From assembly GCF_006345805.1 (NCBI RefSeq), contig NC_043000.1:141794001-141858000 (forward strand): 64,000 bases of DNA, read 5' to 3'. The stretch is from Octopus sinensis. Lineage: Eukaryota. Shown here piece after piece: positions 46,523 through 59,981 of this stretch. How positions within the stretch are numbered: the stretch's first letter is position 1; every line of letters starts with the position of its first letter. The notes beneath the pieces were generated by a model that had not been told where the DNA came from, ran no database searches, and worked only from the letters and a program-made list of their open reading frames with translations. A program made the translations under genes and the position numbers.

Positions 46523-46872
46523 ATAAAGGAATTTTTGTTAAATCGTCGTTCGACTCCATTCTTTCATTTATTTATATATATATATATATGTAATTGTGAA
46601 TGAATTATATGAAAGTGGAATGAATTATATTGACGACTTGTTAAGTTATTAAGCAGAGGCATTTAAGAAATCTTAGAAATATAAGGGACTACCGGTGCTT
46701 ATTTTGTATCAGGTCTTTTGTGTGTTGTACAAAGATATTAGGTAAGGTAAAAACGTATTCAAAGAATAGACTTCCTTGTTTTGATGCACTTGAGAAATTG
46801 TGAGTCTAGTAAATGAAAATATATCTCCGAAATAAACTTGGATCAGTAATACAGTAAGATAATCTTTATGAA

Positions 46873-47105
46873 GGCTATGAGCTGGCAGAAATGTTAGCAC
46901 GCCGGGCGAAATGCGTAGCCGTATTTCGTCTGTCGTTACGTTGTGAGTTCAAATTCCGCCGAGGTCGACTTTGCCTTTCATCCTTTCGGAGTCGATAAAT
47001 TAAGTACCAGTTACGCACTGGGGTCGCTGTAAACGACTTAATCCCTTTGTCTGTCTTTGTTTGTCCCCTCTATGTTTAGCCCCTTGTGGGCAATAAAGAA
47101 ATATA
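46873..47105 (+). mobile_element. SINE family A, single unit
   Basis: Homology to 5156 and 41593 copies. Confidence 0.9.
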
Positions 47106-47489
47106 TATTAATATTTATGAGCGTAACAACGCAATTAAATGCAATTAATCGTATAGTCATTGATATATCACTCAAAGTAGGAAATGCATGCTACACATAC
47201 AGTCACACACATATACATACACATTGAGGCATACATACATAAGTGTGTTTCATTTTATTGAAATTGCAATTGAGAGGTTGTTTCACGTAACGAGTTTCAC
47301 GGCACACCGATCTTCAGGTGAGAATTGTTGTGTTTCAATATCTCTTGGTATGTGTGAGTATATGGCTTAGCGTTCATTGGATAGATTTTCGTCTTTATTA
47401 ATTTGGTGGCATTTTGTGATCTCTTCATTCCTTCAGAGAAGTATATAAATTTCGAACAACAGTTATGTCCTTACGTTTACGGTTAACTT

Positions 47490-47694
47490 TACTCTTCTAC
47501 TTGTTTCAATCATTTGACTGGAGCACCGCCTTTAGTCGAGCAAATCGACCCCAGGATTTAGTCTTTGTAAGCCAAGTACTTATTCTATCGGTCTCTTATG
47601 CGGAACCGCTAGGTGACGGGGACATAAACACACCAGCATCGGTTGTCAAGCGATGTTGGGGAACAAACACAAACACACAAACGTACACACACAC

Positions 47695-47705
<11 letters not shown>
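47490..47705 (-). mobile_element. 3' half of SINE family B (its 5' half lies at 49283-49412)
   Basis: Matches 60338-60560. Confidence 0.85.
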
Positions 47706-47740
<35 letters not shown>

Positions 47741-47826
47741 TAATAAATAAAATATATGCATACATACAAACATATATGTACGTACCGACATCTACATGTA
47801 TATATACATGCATATGTAAATATATA

Positions 47827-47897
<71 letters not shown>

Positions 47898-48012
47898 ATA
47901 TAATATATAATATATATATATATATATATATAAAAGTTGAGTTGTGGGGTATCGCACGAGTGGGATTATATAAGAAAAAGGTTTGAAAATGCAATTTAAA
48001 CGATGTTTATTT

Positions 48013-48053
48013 ACTTAACCGGTTTTCACTCTTTGGTAAAAGATTGTCAAAGT
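48013..48053 (-). ncRNA. Minimal hammerhead, U3:A8 core variant
   Basis: act-TTGACAA-tcttt-tacc-aaaga-gt-GAAA-ACCGGT-TA-agt, then aaataaa. Confidence 0.55.
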
Positions 48054-48417
48054 TACATTTAAGGAAACATTGAATAATATGGGTTCAAAAAAGTGTGTTC
48101 ACATAATTGTATATTGTATATTGTATGTGTGTATATATATGCTAGGTGTATTTGTGTGATATTATATTATGTATGTATGTGTTCGTGTGTTGTGTGTGTG
48201 TGTGGTGTGTGTGTGTGTGTTGTGTGTGTATGTGTGTTATATATCTGTGTATGTTATATATAGATACATATTATATTGTGTGCTGTGTGTATATGTGATA
48301 TATGTGGGTGCGTTGTGTGTGTGGGTGTGTGTGTTCTTGTGTGTGTGTGTTGTTTGTATGTGGTTGTGTGTTGTGTTTGTTAACTATGTGTGTGTGTGTG
48401 TGTGTGTGTGGTGTTGT

Positions 48418-48450
<33 letters not shown>

Positions 48451-48877
48451 GTGTGACAAACAGACGCTATCTGACCAGGGCACGAACACATCTACTCACA
48501 CCCGCATACTAACCTCCTGATAACCCCAAAATCATTCATGCATAAAGGGGAAGTATACACCACATTGGCTACTTCCTCTGTTCTCTCAGTTCAGCCTTTC
48601 TGCTAATCCCAACAGGTCAGTAAAAAAACATATTCTCGCCTTGTGTTAAAATATTCTGAGATGTATAAAAAAGCCATTTAATTTTTGTTGCTGTCAAAGG
48701 CTGTAATATATAACCGAAGATTGTATATATATACATGTAATGTGACAATTTGCGACAACCAATAATTAACGCAACCAATTCCAATAAATATTTGTTTTTA
48801 TTTTTCTACCAAATTTTCCCAAAACATTCTCATCACACTATTGAACTTCTCTGTTACCAAACACTATATCTATACAT

Positions 48878-49100
48878 GTAATGTGACAATTATGTTAAAA
48901 AAACATTTTTGAATTCATAATATCCAATGTGACAATTATGTAAAAAACTTTTTTGAATGCATAATACTCAATGTGACAATTATGTAAAAACCTTTTTGAA
49001 TGCATAATACTCAATGTGACAATTATGTAAAAACCTTTTTGAATGCATAATACTCAATGTGACAATTATGTAAAAAACTTTTTTTGAACCCATATTATTC
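48878..49100. repeat. ~43-bp minisatellite x5 (aatgtgacaattatgtaaaaa.ctttttgaatgcataatactc)
   Basis: Direct inspection. Confidence 0.92.
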
Positions 49101-49117
49101 AATTTTCCTTAAATGTA

Positions 49118-49155
49118 ACTTTTGACAATTTACCAAAGAGTGAAACCGGTTAAGT
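49118..49155 (+). ncRNA. Minimal hammerhead, U3:A8 core variant (stem II partly deleted)
   Basis: actt-TTGACAA-tttaccaaagagt-GAAAC-CG-GTT-aagt; AATAAA 49157-49162. Confidence 0.5.
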
Positions 49156-49196
49156 AAATAAACATCGTTTAAATTGCATTTTCAAACCTTTTTTCT

Positions 49197-49276
<80 letters not shown>

Positions 49277-49282
49277 CATATA

Positions 49283-49412
49283 TACGACGGGCTTCTTTCA
49301 GTTTCCGTCTGCCAAATCCACTCACAAGGCTTTGGTCGGCCCGAGGTTATAGTAGAAGACCCTTGCCCAAGGTGCCACGCAGTGGGACTGAATCCGGAAC
49401 CATGTGGTTGGT
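49283..49412 (-). mobile_element. 5' half of SINE family B
   Basis: cgacgggcttctttcagtttccgtct...gtgccacgcagtgggactgaatccggaaccatgtggttgg matches 60577-60705. Confidence 0.88.
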
Positions 49413-50017
49413 ATATTCATAAGAGCACTCTGAACACACAACCGACATAATTTTCAGTTATGGCATATGACATCTGACAACGTAACTAATATCCATTTGC
49501 GAAATAGGCAATAATTAACAATATGATCAAAATCTGATCAAGTAGGTAAATATGCAGACAGAGCTTACTGTGAATAAACGTGAAATGAACAAAGTTCTAA
49601 ACAGATACAAACTGCTGCGCCCACAAACATACTCGCACACACAAATGTTTTTGAAACAAGAGAAACAAAATTCTGTAAAGGAAAAGCTGTTTATTATTAA
49701 CAAAAACTATCCCCCAAATTACCCAACCATGAAAAGTACTATTGATGAGGGAGTTAATATATATGCGCTTCATTACATTTTCAAATTATATATATATAAA
49801 GAATTTTACACAAAGACGACTTTTATTTAAATCCTTTTAGTAACGACCACGGAAATCATCAACGCCGAAATAAATTAATAATACAGCCGACCACCTACAT
49901 TTGCAAGGAAATACAAACACGACACTACGGAGAAACAAAAGCAACCAATGAAGAGGTCAGAATAAACCACCCATTTAAACACAAGGCAAGTTAACCGGTG
50001 AACAAACACAAGCACCT

Positions 50018-50249
50018 ATTTCTTTATTACCCACAAGGGGCTAAAGATAGAGGGAACAAACAAGGACAGACATAGGTATTAAGTCGATTACATCGACCCC
50101 GGTGCGGAACTGGTACTTAATTTATCGACCCCGAAAGGATTAAAGGCAAAGTCAACCTCGGCGGAATTTGAACTCAGAACGTAACGACAGACGAAATACC
50201 GCTAAGTATTTCGCTCGCCGTGCTAACGTTTCTGCCAGCTCGCCGCCTT
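50018..50249 (-). mobile_element. SINE family A, 15-bp TSD
   Basis: TSD caaacacaagcacct at 50003-50017 and 50250-50264. Confidence 0.93.
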
Positions 50250-52607
50250 CAAACACAAGCACCTTTAGACAGGACACACACCCATATATATACACATGCT
50301 TATACCTATATATACATAATACATACATACATATAAATGTACATGTGTGTGTGGGTGTGCATGCCTATGTGGAATACTAAGTTTACACTACGTTAGTAAA
50401 TGGTTAGAATGTACGAAATACTTAGGAAATCTTCGAATCATTTATTCCTGTGTAAATTACTATAGAGATTCCAGACACATACACTAATATTAATATATAT
50501 TATTAATTTTATAAGATATGGTTTAACTATTAGTGACTTACACCCAAACCTATTTATAGATGTACAATGAGTGTTATGTAGTAGACTGAAATACAGAGGT
50601 TATTCAAATAACGATTTATTGCGAATAATAAATATCCGGATGTATTCGGTCAGCCAGTAATTATCAAGGTATTAAATTATATTTATTCTTTGACAGTTTT
50701 AAAGAGCATCATAAAGTATTTAAAAAATTTTTCAGTTTAAATACAGACTTCAAGTGAGTGAGGGATTGAAAAGGAGAAATGAGAAAGCAAGTGTCACTCA
50801 AGCGTAATTTGAAGATATAACGTTGTAGGATGACTAATTAGAATAACCAGGTGTATTTTACGATTTGGTGGTTTGGTCTGACTAGGCATAAGTTGTATGA
50901 TCCGATAGGGGCAACGACAGAGAGAGAAAGAGAGAGAGAGAGAGAGAGGAGAGAGAGGTGGGGAGACTGGTTTGGGAGACATGCGAAAAGCAAAAGAGAT
51001 CCGACTGATTATAAGACGCGTTACACTATTTACATACCGCCTTTAAGTTAAAATATGAAATCTCGTTGAGATCAAATTTGACTTTCATCTCGCCTGAATC
51101 GATGAAGAATATATAAGAGAGGTAGTACAGACTATTTAATCGATTAACACCTCACCCAAAAATATAACAATTATCTAAATACGCTGGATTAACATACTCG
51201 ATAGAGGATTAGGGAAAATGTTTTGCACTATTTACTCCTGCGCTTCACGTTCTGAGTACAAATAACAATAATATTGTGGTCAACCGTCTCTCTATCATTC
51301 CGAGTTCAATAAAGCAAATTACGGTTCAGCATTAGGATCGTTTTAGTTGCCTATCACCTTCAACTTGAAATTGCTAGCCTTTTGCCTAGACTAAAAACAT
51401 AAAAAATATTGTTGTTGTTATGGTCCTCATTGCATAAAATACGTGAGGTTTGAAAACCTAAGAAATTATTATTTTAATAAGTACATACCAGTCAGTTCTA
51501 GAAACATCTGAGAGTAAAAGGAGGGTATTTTTGTGTGTATGGTGACGCCTGTATGCAACTGATTGCCACTGCTAACATGTAATCCTGCTAACTTGTTATA
51601 TATTCAAGTCTTCACAGCAACTATTACCTCAGAAAAACACAGAAGCAATGATTACCTAGAAACGGTTTTCTTTGTCTGATATACAGAAAAACGACTAAGA
51701 ATGGAGCATTTCAGTATGTTTTGAAATAAAATCCGTGGAGCAGGAATTGGGTTGACCAATTTGAAGATTGTCGTTTAGTACAAGAAATTAAGACTTTTCT
51801 ACACTTCCGGGCTGGAAAGTGATACTGAAACCAGACATGTATCTGACTTGTTTCTGAATCATTGCTGTACAGCAAAATCTGTCTATTAAGTGAAATGCAA
51901 GCCTTACTGAATGTCAAACTAGGGCGTCCACAGACACTAATGGACAACCAATATCTGATACGTCGTGTTGTTAGGTAAATTATGCATCATGATGGTGTTC
52001 AGTGTTCAGGTTATTATTATTTTTTTTTATTTTTTTATTAAAGAAGACTCCTGGCTTCATCATTGGGGTAGTGGAATCACGATAAGTTCATGGGTTCGAT
52101 GTCTGAACTCAGCACCATATTTGTATTTGAGGAAAGTATTTCATTTCACGTTGTTGCTATGTAGTTCCCGTAAAATGAGTAGAGCAAGCGAGTTCCGAGG
52201 CAGCCTTCTCTTCTATCAAATGTTACATCCTCAGTGCCTCTCTTTGTCAAGAGTGGGATTGCCTAGATAATGTCTATATGTGATCGCAAATATATAGGCA
52301 CACAAAACAATGAGCGAAAACACGATAAATGTTGTTAGGTTATAGTCAGTTGCGTGTTGTAGATACGGCACTTACTTTTATTTTTTAATTTTTTTACTGC
52401 TTCTTTCCTTTTGCGTGTGGAGTATTGACTTTCAAAAATGTCAGTTTATGGAAGTGGTTTGGCACTTCATTCTGCTACTTGTCATTATTGTGAAGCAGTG
52501 AAGCGAAATAAAAGCCCCGACCCTTTTCACAGCATTCACACTTCCTCTGTTTCTATTACTTTCTCTCGGTTTCTCTCTTTCTAGTTTTTTTCTGTCTTAC
52601 TCTCTCA

Positions 52608-52647
<40 letters not shown>

Positions 52648-53472
52648 TTCTCATTCTGCCTTACTCTTTCAATTCCAAAATCCCAATGAGCATAGAGACA
52701 CTCGTTAATAAAACGAAAATAATTCTCATGAGATTTTAAGTTCTCTCATTCTGTTTAATGCAAGCCAGTATGCCTCTTGTAAAGCCACATATACCGAAGG
52801 CTAATTAAACTATTTTACACACCGTGGAGAGCCTTCTTCGAGAGTTTTGTTGAAAGATGTGCTGATACTCAGAAAATACACAAAACTTCGAGATTTTGCG
52901 AAAATTTTATGTCAAAACTACTTAACTATTAAATTCGTATGATCCGTACATAGGTCAGTTATTTCCTCTGAAATCGCAGCAGTGTGCTCGTGACGCATTC
53001 AGTTATTCTCTCACAACTCCTGTTATATGACAGCAGAAAATTTGATCAGTTAACGTTTTTTTTGCAAACCATGAACAAAATAATTGTAATCACTAACAAC
53101 ACGACTTACTATACACACAAAACAAAACCATTTATGTACGCACACAAAACAAAGTCCTTTGCTTTCCTCTCGCTTTCTACACTTAAGTATTACAGATGTG
53201 TAACCGAGACAGCACACGCTGAATCTAAACTGATATTTTTAGCAAAGTCCTTGGAAAGACATTGCAATGAGGTTTCGCTAAACTTGTTTACTTCAACAGA
53301 AAATTTATGAAATCAACTACCATTAAGAATGAAAATGCAAGTTAAACATTGTAGAGTACTCTGTCATTGTGAATCTCTCTTTGTGAAAGTATAGCATCAA
53401 CACAACCAAGGTGCAAGACAAAATCTCAGCTGTTAGTGCCACTTGAAACCTCAAGAATTAATGATCTTCTAC

Positions 53473-53644
53473 AGGCGCAGGAGTGGCTGTGTGGTAAGTA
53501 GCTTGCTAACCAGCCACATGGTTCTGTGTTCAGTCCCACTGCGTGGCATCTTGGGCAAGTGTCTTCTGCTATAGCCCCGGGCCGACCAATGCAGTGTGAG
53601 TGGATTTGGTAGACAGAAACTGAAAGAAGCCAGTCGTATATATG

Positions 53645-53683
<39 letters not shown>

Positions 53684-53887
53684 TTGTGTTTGTCCCCCTA
53701 GCATTGCTTGACAACTGATGCTGGTGTGTTTACGTCCCCGTAACTTAGCGGTTCGGCAAAAGAGACCGATAGAATAAGTACTGGGCTTACAAAGAATAAG
53801 TCCCGGGGTCGATTTGTTCGACTAAAGGCGGTGCTCCAGCATGGCCGCAGTCAAATGACTGAAACAAGTAAAAGAGTAAAAGAGTAA
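53473..53887 (+). mobile_element. SINE family B, full length, internal (TA)n(TG)n, (aagagta)n tail
   Basis: tRNA-like head ggcgcaggagtggctgtgtggtaag...gttcagtccc; CORE-like ttgggcaagtgtctt. Confidence 0.92.
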
Positions 53888-54454
53888 ATGGCATCTCATG
53901 AGCAACCGGCGCTTAAATGATCCTAGCTCTTTCATTTCTTCTTGCTTCACCAAAAATAGTGCCGCCAATGTCCAATGCCCTGCCGTATATACAACACTGG
54001 AATTTCTCAAGCTAGAACTTGAACGTTCTTGAATTTACTTCATTTTAAAAAATTGTTCATATATTATACAGAAGACAACATGCATTATACGCCAAGAAGT
54101 ACGATAACGGTGACAATCTCACTCTTCTCTGACCATCACTGGATAAAATATACTAAACTTGTCCCACTACATCTTGTAATACACAGGTAGTAAAATATAT
54201 AATCCGAACATTGGGCCAGCTGCTCACGTGCAACCAATGAGAAATGACAGAAAATATAACTTGCCAAAGGAAAGTATTCATATATTCCTGCTACTAGTTT
54301 CTTATATTTATTTGTTCCTCGGCAACTTCTTCAATAGACTCGCAATAACGAAAGTGTGTATTCCCAGATTCAAATGCATGTATAACATAAAATCATATAT
54401 ACTCATTTCAGTAATACTCTATTTGCGTGTTCGCGTGCTTGTGAGTGTATGAAT

Positions 54455-54464
54455 GTATATATAT

Positions 54465-54545
<81 letters not shown>

Positions 54546-54679
54546 GTGTGTGGGTGTGTGTGTGTGTGTGTGTGTGTGTGTCTGAACCTCTGTACACATA
54601 TATGTATATATGAATGTGTATATGTGTATATCTGTTTCTACATATATACATATACTACAAAAACATATATATATATATA

Positions 54680-54739
<60 letters not shown>

Positions 54740-55722
54740 ATTATATATGTATGTGTGTACGTATATATGTAATATATATACGAAGATATGTGTGTGTATA
54801 TGCATATATATGTACATACACATATATCTTCTCTCTTTATGTGTCTATGTGAACGCGAATGTATGCATCATTTTCGTATTAATTTCCTTATAATAAACCA
54901 TATATGTGTATATATGTGCCGAGGAGGAGAGAGAGAGAGTGGTTGATATATTGATTGGTTGGTGGAAACAGACAAAGATTGATAACACGAAGCAATAAAT
55001 CTAATATTGCATTCAATCCAATTTCAGATTATGACTTCTCTGACAATAAACCTAAACCGAAAAACAGTTTATGGATGATTTCTAGAAAGATCTTCTTCAC
55101 ACATTTAGCTTTTATTCAATTTTCAATGCTTACAAATCAAAGCAAAACAAAAAAATCTTGAGATTTCTCATATTATCTCGATATCGTATCTTCTCTGATA
55201 TCATCATATATTTTTTTGCTAAGAGATGTTATCAAATTGCCAGAAATCAATCGTTATTGTAAAAGTGTAATGTCATTGTATATATGACAATAGCAGCAAG
55301 TAGCTATAGAGTTGTTAAAATCTTTTAGAAGGATCATTAGAAATGGCGGAAAAAAAGATAAATTAAGATAATGATGTTGTTACGGCAGATATTCGCTACA
55401 ATCACTGGCGTTCGTTGTGGTGCTGCAGCTGCTGGTGCTGCTGTAATGATTGCACCAACGATGATGATGATGATCATCATCATCATGTTGGTGGTGGTGG
55501 GTTGTGGTGGCGGTGGTGGTAGGGGTTGTGGTGGTGGTGGTTGTGCGGATGGTTGTACTTAATATAAAGATGATGATGATAGTTAAACCCGATTTCTACC
55601 TGTGATGATGACGTATCTGCCGATGCCTAAAAAAATATGCCATATATACTTACATGGTATATGTATATAAATATTATATATATATATTATATATATATAT
55701 ATATAATATATATATTATATAT

Positions 55723-55754
<32 letters not shown>

Positions 55755-56123
55755 CATACACACACACATACATATATTGCATACATACGTGCATGCATAC
55801 TATGTATATAGTATAAATATAATAATATATATATATATATGTTTGTATGTATATATAAATGCATGCATGTATATGTATATAGTTAAGCATATTCAGAAGT
55901 ACATGTGATCATGTGTTTGTGGTTATGAATGCATATATACATACATGCATACATGCACGTATATATATATATATATGTGTGTGTAATTTCAAGTTCATTC
56001 AAATTCATTCAGACAAATGGTTTATTAATAAAGTACTTTGATTTTCCCATTATTAATTTAATATACCAACAACCACAACAACAAAATACCAGCAGTAGCA
56101 GAGTTAGTTGTAGTAGTAGTAGT

Positions 56124-56158
<35 letters not shown>

Positions 56159-56648
56159 CAGTAGTAGTTGTACTAACGCGTTTTCGTCTACAATCGAGAA
56201 CGACAAAAATATAAAACTTTAAGACTAAAAATATAAATAAGCGAAACCTATGCAGAAGGAAGTGCTTTTATGTTAGTTCAAAAGTAATATGAATGGTAAA
56301 GTTGAAGGGAATATGATAGCTTAATACAACACTTCTATCTTTCTCACTTCCTTATGCCCATACACACAAGCACTCATACACACATACACACACATATATA
56401 CATTCATATCTAAATGTCAATATATATATGTATATATATATATATGCAATTATACTTACATATATATATATATATATATATGGGTGTGGGTGTGTGTGTG
56501 TGTATATACATATAGACATATATATACATACATATATATATTATATTATATATATATACATATATGGGTGTGTGTGTGTGTATCTATATATGTAAGTATC
56601 ATATACGTACATATTATGCACATACACATATTTCTGAATATATGTATG

Positions 56649-56682
<34 letters not shown>

Positions 56683-56695
56683 ATATATATATTAT

Positions 56696-56742
<47 letters not shown>

Positions 56743-57387
56743 TATATATTATATATTATATATATATATATATATGAATATATATATAAGATATATTATA
56801 TATGTATATATATTATATATATATAATATAATATAATAGTGCATATATAAGTGCATATATTATTACACACACACACATACACATATATGCGCACCTGCAT
56901 ACCTGCGACCAATATACATGCTTATACGATTTGCATCTTCATTAAATTTTAGAACACGACTGCTTTTATAAAAATATAGAGAAGATATTAATACAGATTT
57001 TATAATTCTGAAATTACCGGCTAGTGATATTAAAGTATTAATTGCACAAAAATATTGAATAATTTCACATGTTTCTCGTTAACGGTTTTTTTTTTTTATC
57101 GAAATATATCATTAATAATTAATTATCTCAAGATTAATTTTAAATTCTTATTAATAAGATCAAACGAAATAATTCGAATCGCTTATGCGAAAAATTAAAA
57201 TTATCTATTTTGCCCCACAAACACGCATACGCGTGAGGAAGCAAGCTACTCATATGTATACGTACTGATGGGCACGTTCATCCCAATGTACCCTAACGTG
57301 TGACAGCTTCACTATGTATACGCGTACACATTTATTTATAGAGGCTTACACACATACACATACACACGCACACACACACACAAACAC

Positions 57388-57447
<60 letters not shown>

Positions 57448-57646
57448 CATATGGGGTGGGTGCGTTTCTGTGTCCTTATAGTGTAATATGTGGACACGCG
57501 CGAACACACAGACCCATACATATATATGCATGTATATATGCATATGTGTGTGTGTATATATATACATATATATAAATATATATGTATATATATATGCACA
57601 TATATAAGTATATAGATATATAGTCATATATATACACACATATACA

Positions 57647-57699
<53 letters not shown>

Positions 57700-57770
57700 A
57701 TATATAACCACATACATATATATAATATATATATATAACCACATACATATATACATATATACATAGGCAT
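54455..57770. repeat. Region dominated by (TA)n/(TG)n/(CA)n tracts plus short (GAT),(GGT),(AGT/AGC) repeats
   Basis: Direct inspection. Confidence 0.85.
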
Positions 57771-58317
57771 ACATTCGCAAATATTCATTTTACTGTTTGT
57801 TTTTATGATAACATTAATGTCTATATTAAACTTTTTTTAAACCCTCATAAAACATATATGCACAGACAGTAACTATCATAACCGCATAAAGTCACACACC
57901 AGAGCGGTAGTTCTAGCACACATTAACCACACATGATCGTTATCTTAATGAAATTATGTACTTGCAACAAGTACCACTATAAAAAAAGACATCATTGCGT
58001 GTACGTGCATGCATTTATGTAATAATTAACTCAGGAGCATAATATTTTTTTTTCTATCCATTTGCACTTATAAGAAAGCTAACATGCACGCCTAAAATCG
58101 GGAAATTTGCAATTACAGCGTCGTCTTTCTATCTCAGTATTGAGATGATAGCGTGTTCGGATTTCGTTTTATTTGAATGAAAAGGAATCCCGACTTACGT
58201 AATACGCACTCTGGAGCACTTGAGACACCATAGTGATTTTCTCCCTGGTTTAGGCTAAGACATCCATAGGAGATAAAAAGAAAGGGTTTGCTAATATTAT
58301 AAGGATTTATACATGTA

Positions 58318-59764
58318 CTAGCAGTATCGCCCGGCGTTGATCGGATTTGTAAGGGAAATAACTATAAAGCATTTTTAGAGAGTTATAGCCAAAAAATAGC
58401 AAAAAAAAAATGCATTAAAAATGGAAAAAAAATTATGGTTAATTTTTTTTTAAATCGTTGACTCATCGTAGACATTTTTAGAGAGTTACTTCCCTCATAT
58501 AATAGCGAAAAAATGCATTAAAATGGAAAAAAATGATGGTAAATTATTTTTTAAATCGTAGACTCATCGTAGACGCGCGGTAATACCCAGAAGGGCTCGA
58601 TATGAATCACGACTACAAGATACACGGTTTTGGTTAAACTGCACTGCAAAATGTGGGAGTAGTTAGGAATCTAAATCGTAGGAGACAGACACACAACTTT
58701 ACTTTTATATATAAAGACTAGCAGTATCGCCCGGCGTTGCTCGGGTTTGTAAGGAAAATAACTATATAAGCATTTTTAGAGAGTTATAGCAAAAAAATGC
58801 ATTAAAAATGGAATAAAAAATGATGATATTTTTTTTTTAAATCGTTGACTCAGTGTCTTCAAGCCATGAAGTCGTTGTTCTAAAAGAACGCTGGTCTCCT
58901 CGACAACGCATTGCGACTTTGGTTTCCTTACACTCCCTTCCCCACAGCTTCACGAGGGAGGGAAGAAGGGGGAGAAGCAACACAGGTGCAGGTGTTTGAG
59001 CGTGGACGCCAACTCCGCCGCCATCGACACACGAAAAATTATGCATTAAAATGGAATAAAAAATGATGTTAAATTATTTTTAAAATCGTAGATTCATCGT
59101 AGACGCGCGCTAATAGCCAGACGGGCTCGATATTAATCACGACTATAAGATACCCGAATTTGGTTAAACTGCACCGCAAAATGTGGGAGGAGTTAGGAAT
59201 CTAAATCGAAGGGGACAGACACTCACACAACTACAGTTTTATATATATAGACTAGCAGTATCGCCCGGCGTTGCTCGGGTTTGTAAGGGAAATAACTATA
59301 TAAGCATTTTTAGAGAGTTACTTCCTTTATAGATGCCAATTCGGGCTTTCTTAGCCATTTCTGTTTTGGTGTCTTCAAGCCATGATGTCGTTGTTCTAAA
59401 AGAACGCTGGTCTCCTCGACAACGCATTACGACGTTGATTTCTTTACACTCCCTTCCCCACAGCTTCACGAGGGAGAGAAGAAGGGGGAGAAGCAAACAG
59501 GTGCAGGTGTGAGCGTGGACGCCAACTCCACAGCCATCGACACACGAAAAATTATGCATTAAAATGGAATAAAAAATGATGTTAAATTATTTTTAAAATC
59601 GTAGACTCATCGTTGACGCGCGCTAATAGCCAGACGGGCTCGATATGAATCACGACTATAAGATACCCGAATTTGGTTAAACTGCACCGCAAAATGTGGG
59701 AGGAGTTAGGAATCTAAATCGAAGGGGACAGACACTCACACAACTACAGTTTTATATATATAGA
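58318..59764 (-). mobile_element. Head-to-tail trimer of non-autonomous Helitrons (58318-58717, 58718-59251, 59252-59764)
   Basis: Each unit on the minus strand starts TC(TATATAT...) and ends with the hairpin CCCGAGCAACGCCGGG (degenerate in the 58318 unit) 8 nt before CTAG; the array sits between A and T with no TSD. Confidence 0.92.
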
Positions 59765-59981
59765 TATTCTCATCCCAAGCAAATATATTCTCACATATGG
59801 AAACAGAAATTCCACACAATGTCATATCCATTCACATGTGTTCTACCATATGCACGCACGCGCACACGCACACACAAAAGTACATATAGGACACACATTA
59901 CTGTACGTAAGCACGTACGCATACGAATATGCATGCACAAACACACATATATGAACATATATGTAATATACACATATACAT

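Larger units (their letters stand above)
45860..46570 (+). mobile_element. Penelope-like element relic: RT remnant, palindromes and pseudo-LTR
   Basis: GWI*YTDDA (like WxRYxDD) at ~45933-45960; QPFYLRHDSNH (like YLxxxSxH); hammerhead plus AATAAA, then (TA)n. Confidence 0.55.
47967..49202. mobile_element. Element with ~150-bp outward-facing inverted terminal repeats, each carrying a hammerhead-like motif and AATAAA (Penelope-like inverted pseudo-LTRs)
   Basis: 47967-48116 is the reverse complement of 49055-49202; (TA)n on both sides. Confidence 0.8.

Noticed and set aside
48878-49100. Regularly spaced repeats resembling a CRISPR array
   Set aside because: No unique spacers, eukaryotic context, no cas genes; it is a minisatellite.
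51950-51964. aatatctgatacgtc matches a short stretch of U2 snRNA as I recall it
   Set aside because: Only ~15 nt; flanks do not continue the U2 sequence.
51714-51974. Plus-strand segment bounded by tttcag and gtaaat
   Set aside because: Stops in all three frames and no supporting neighbouring exons.
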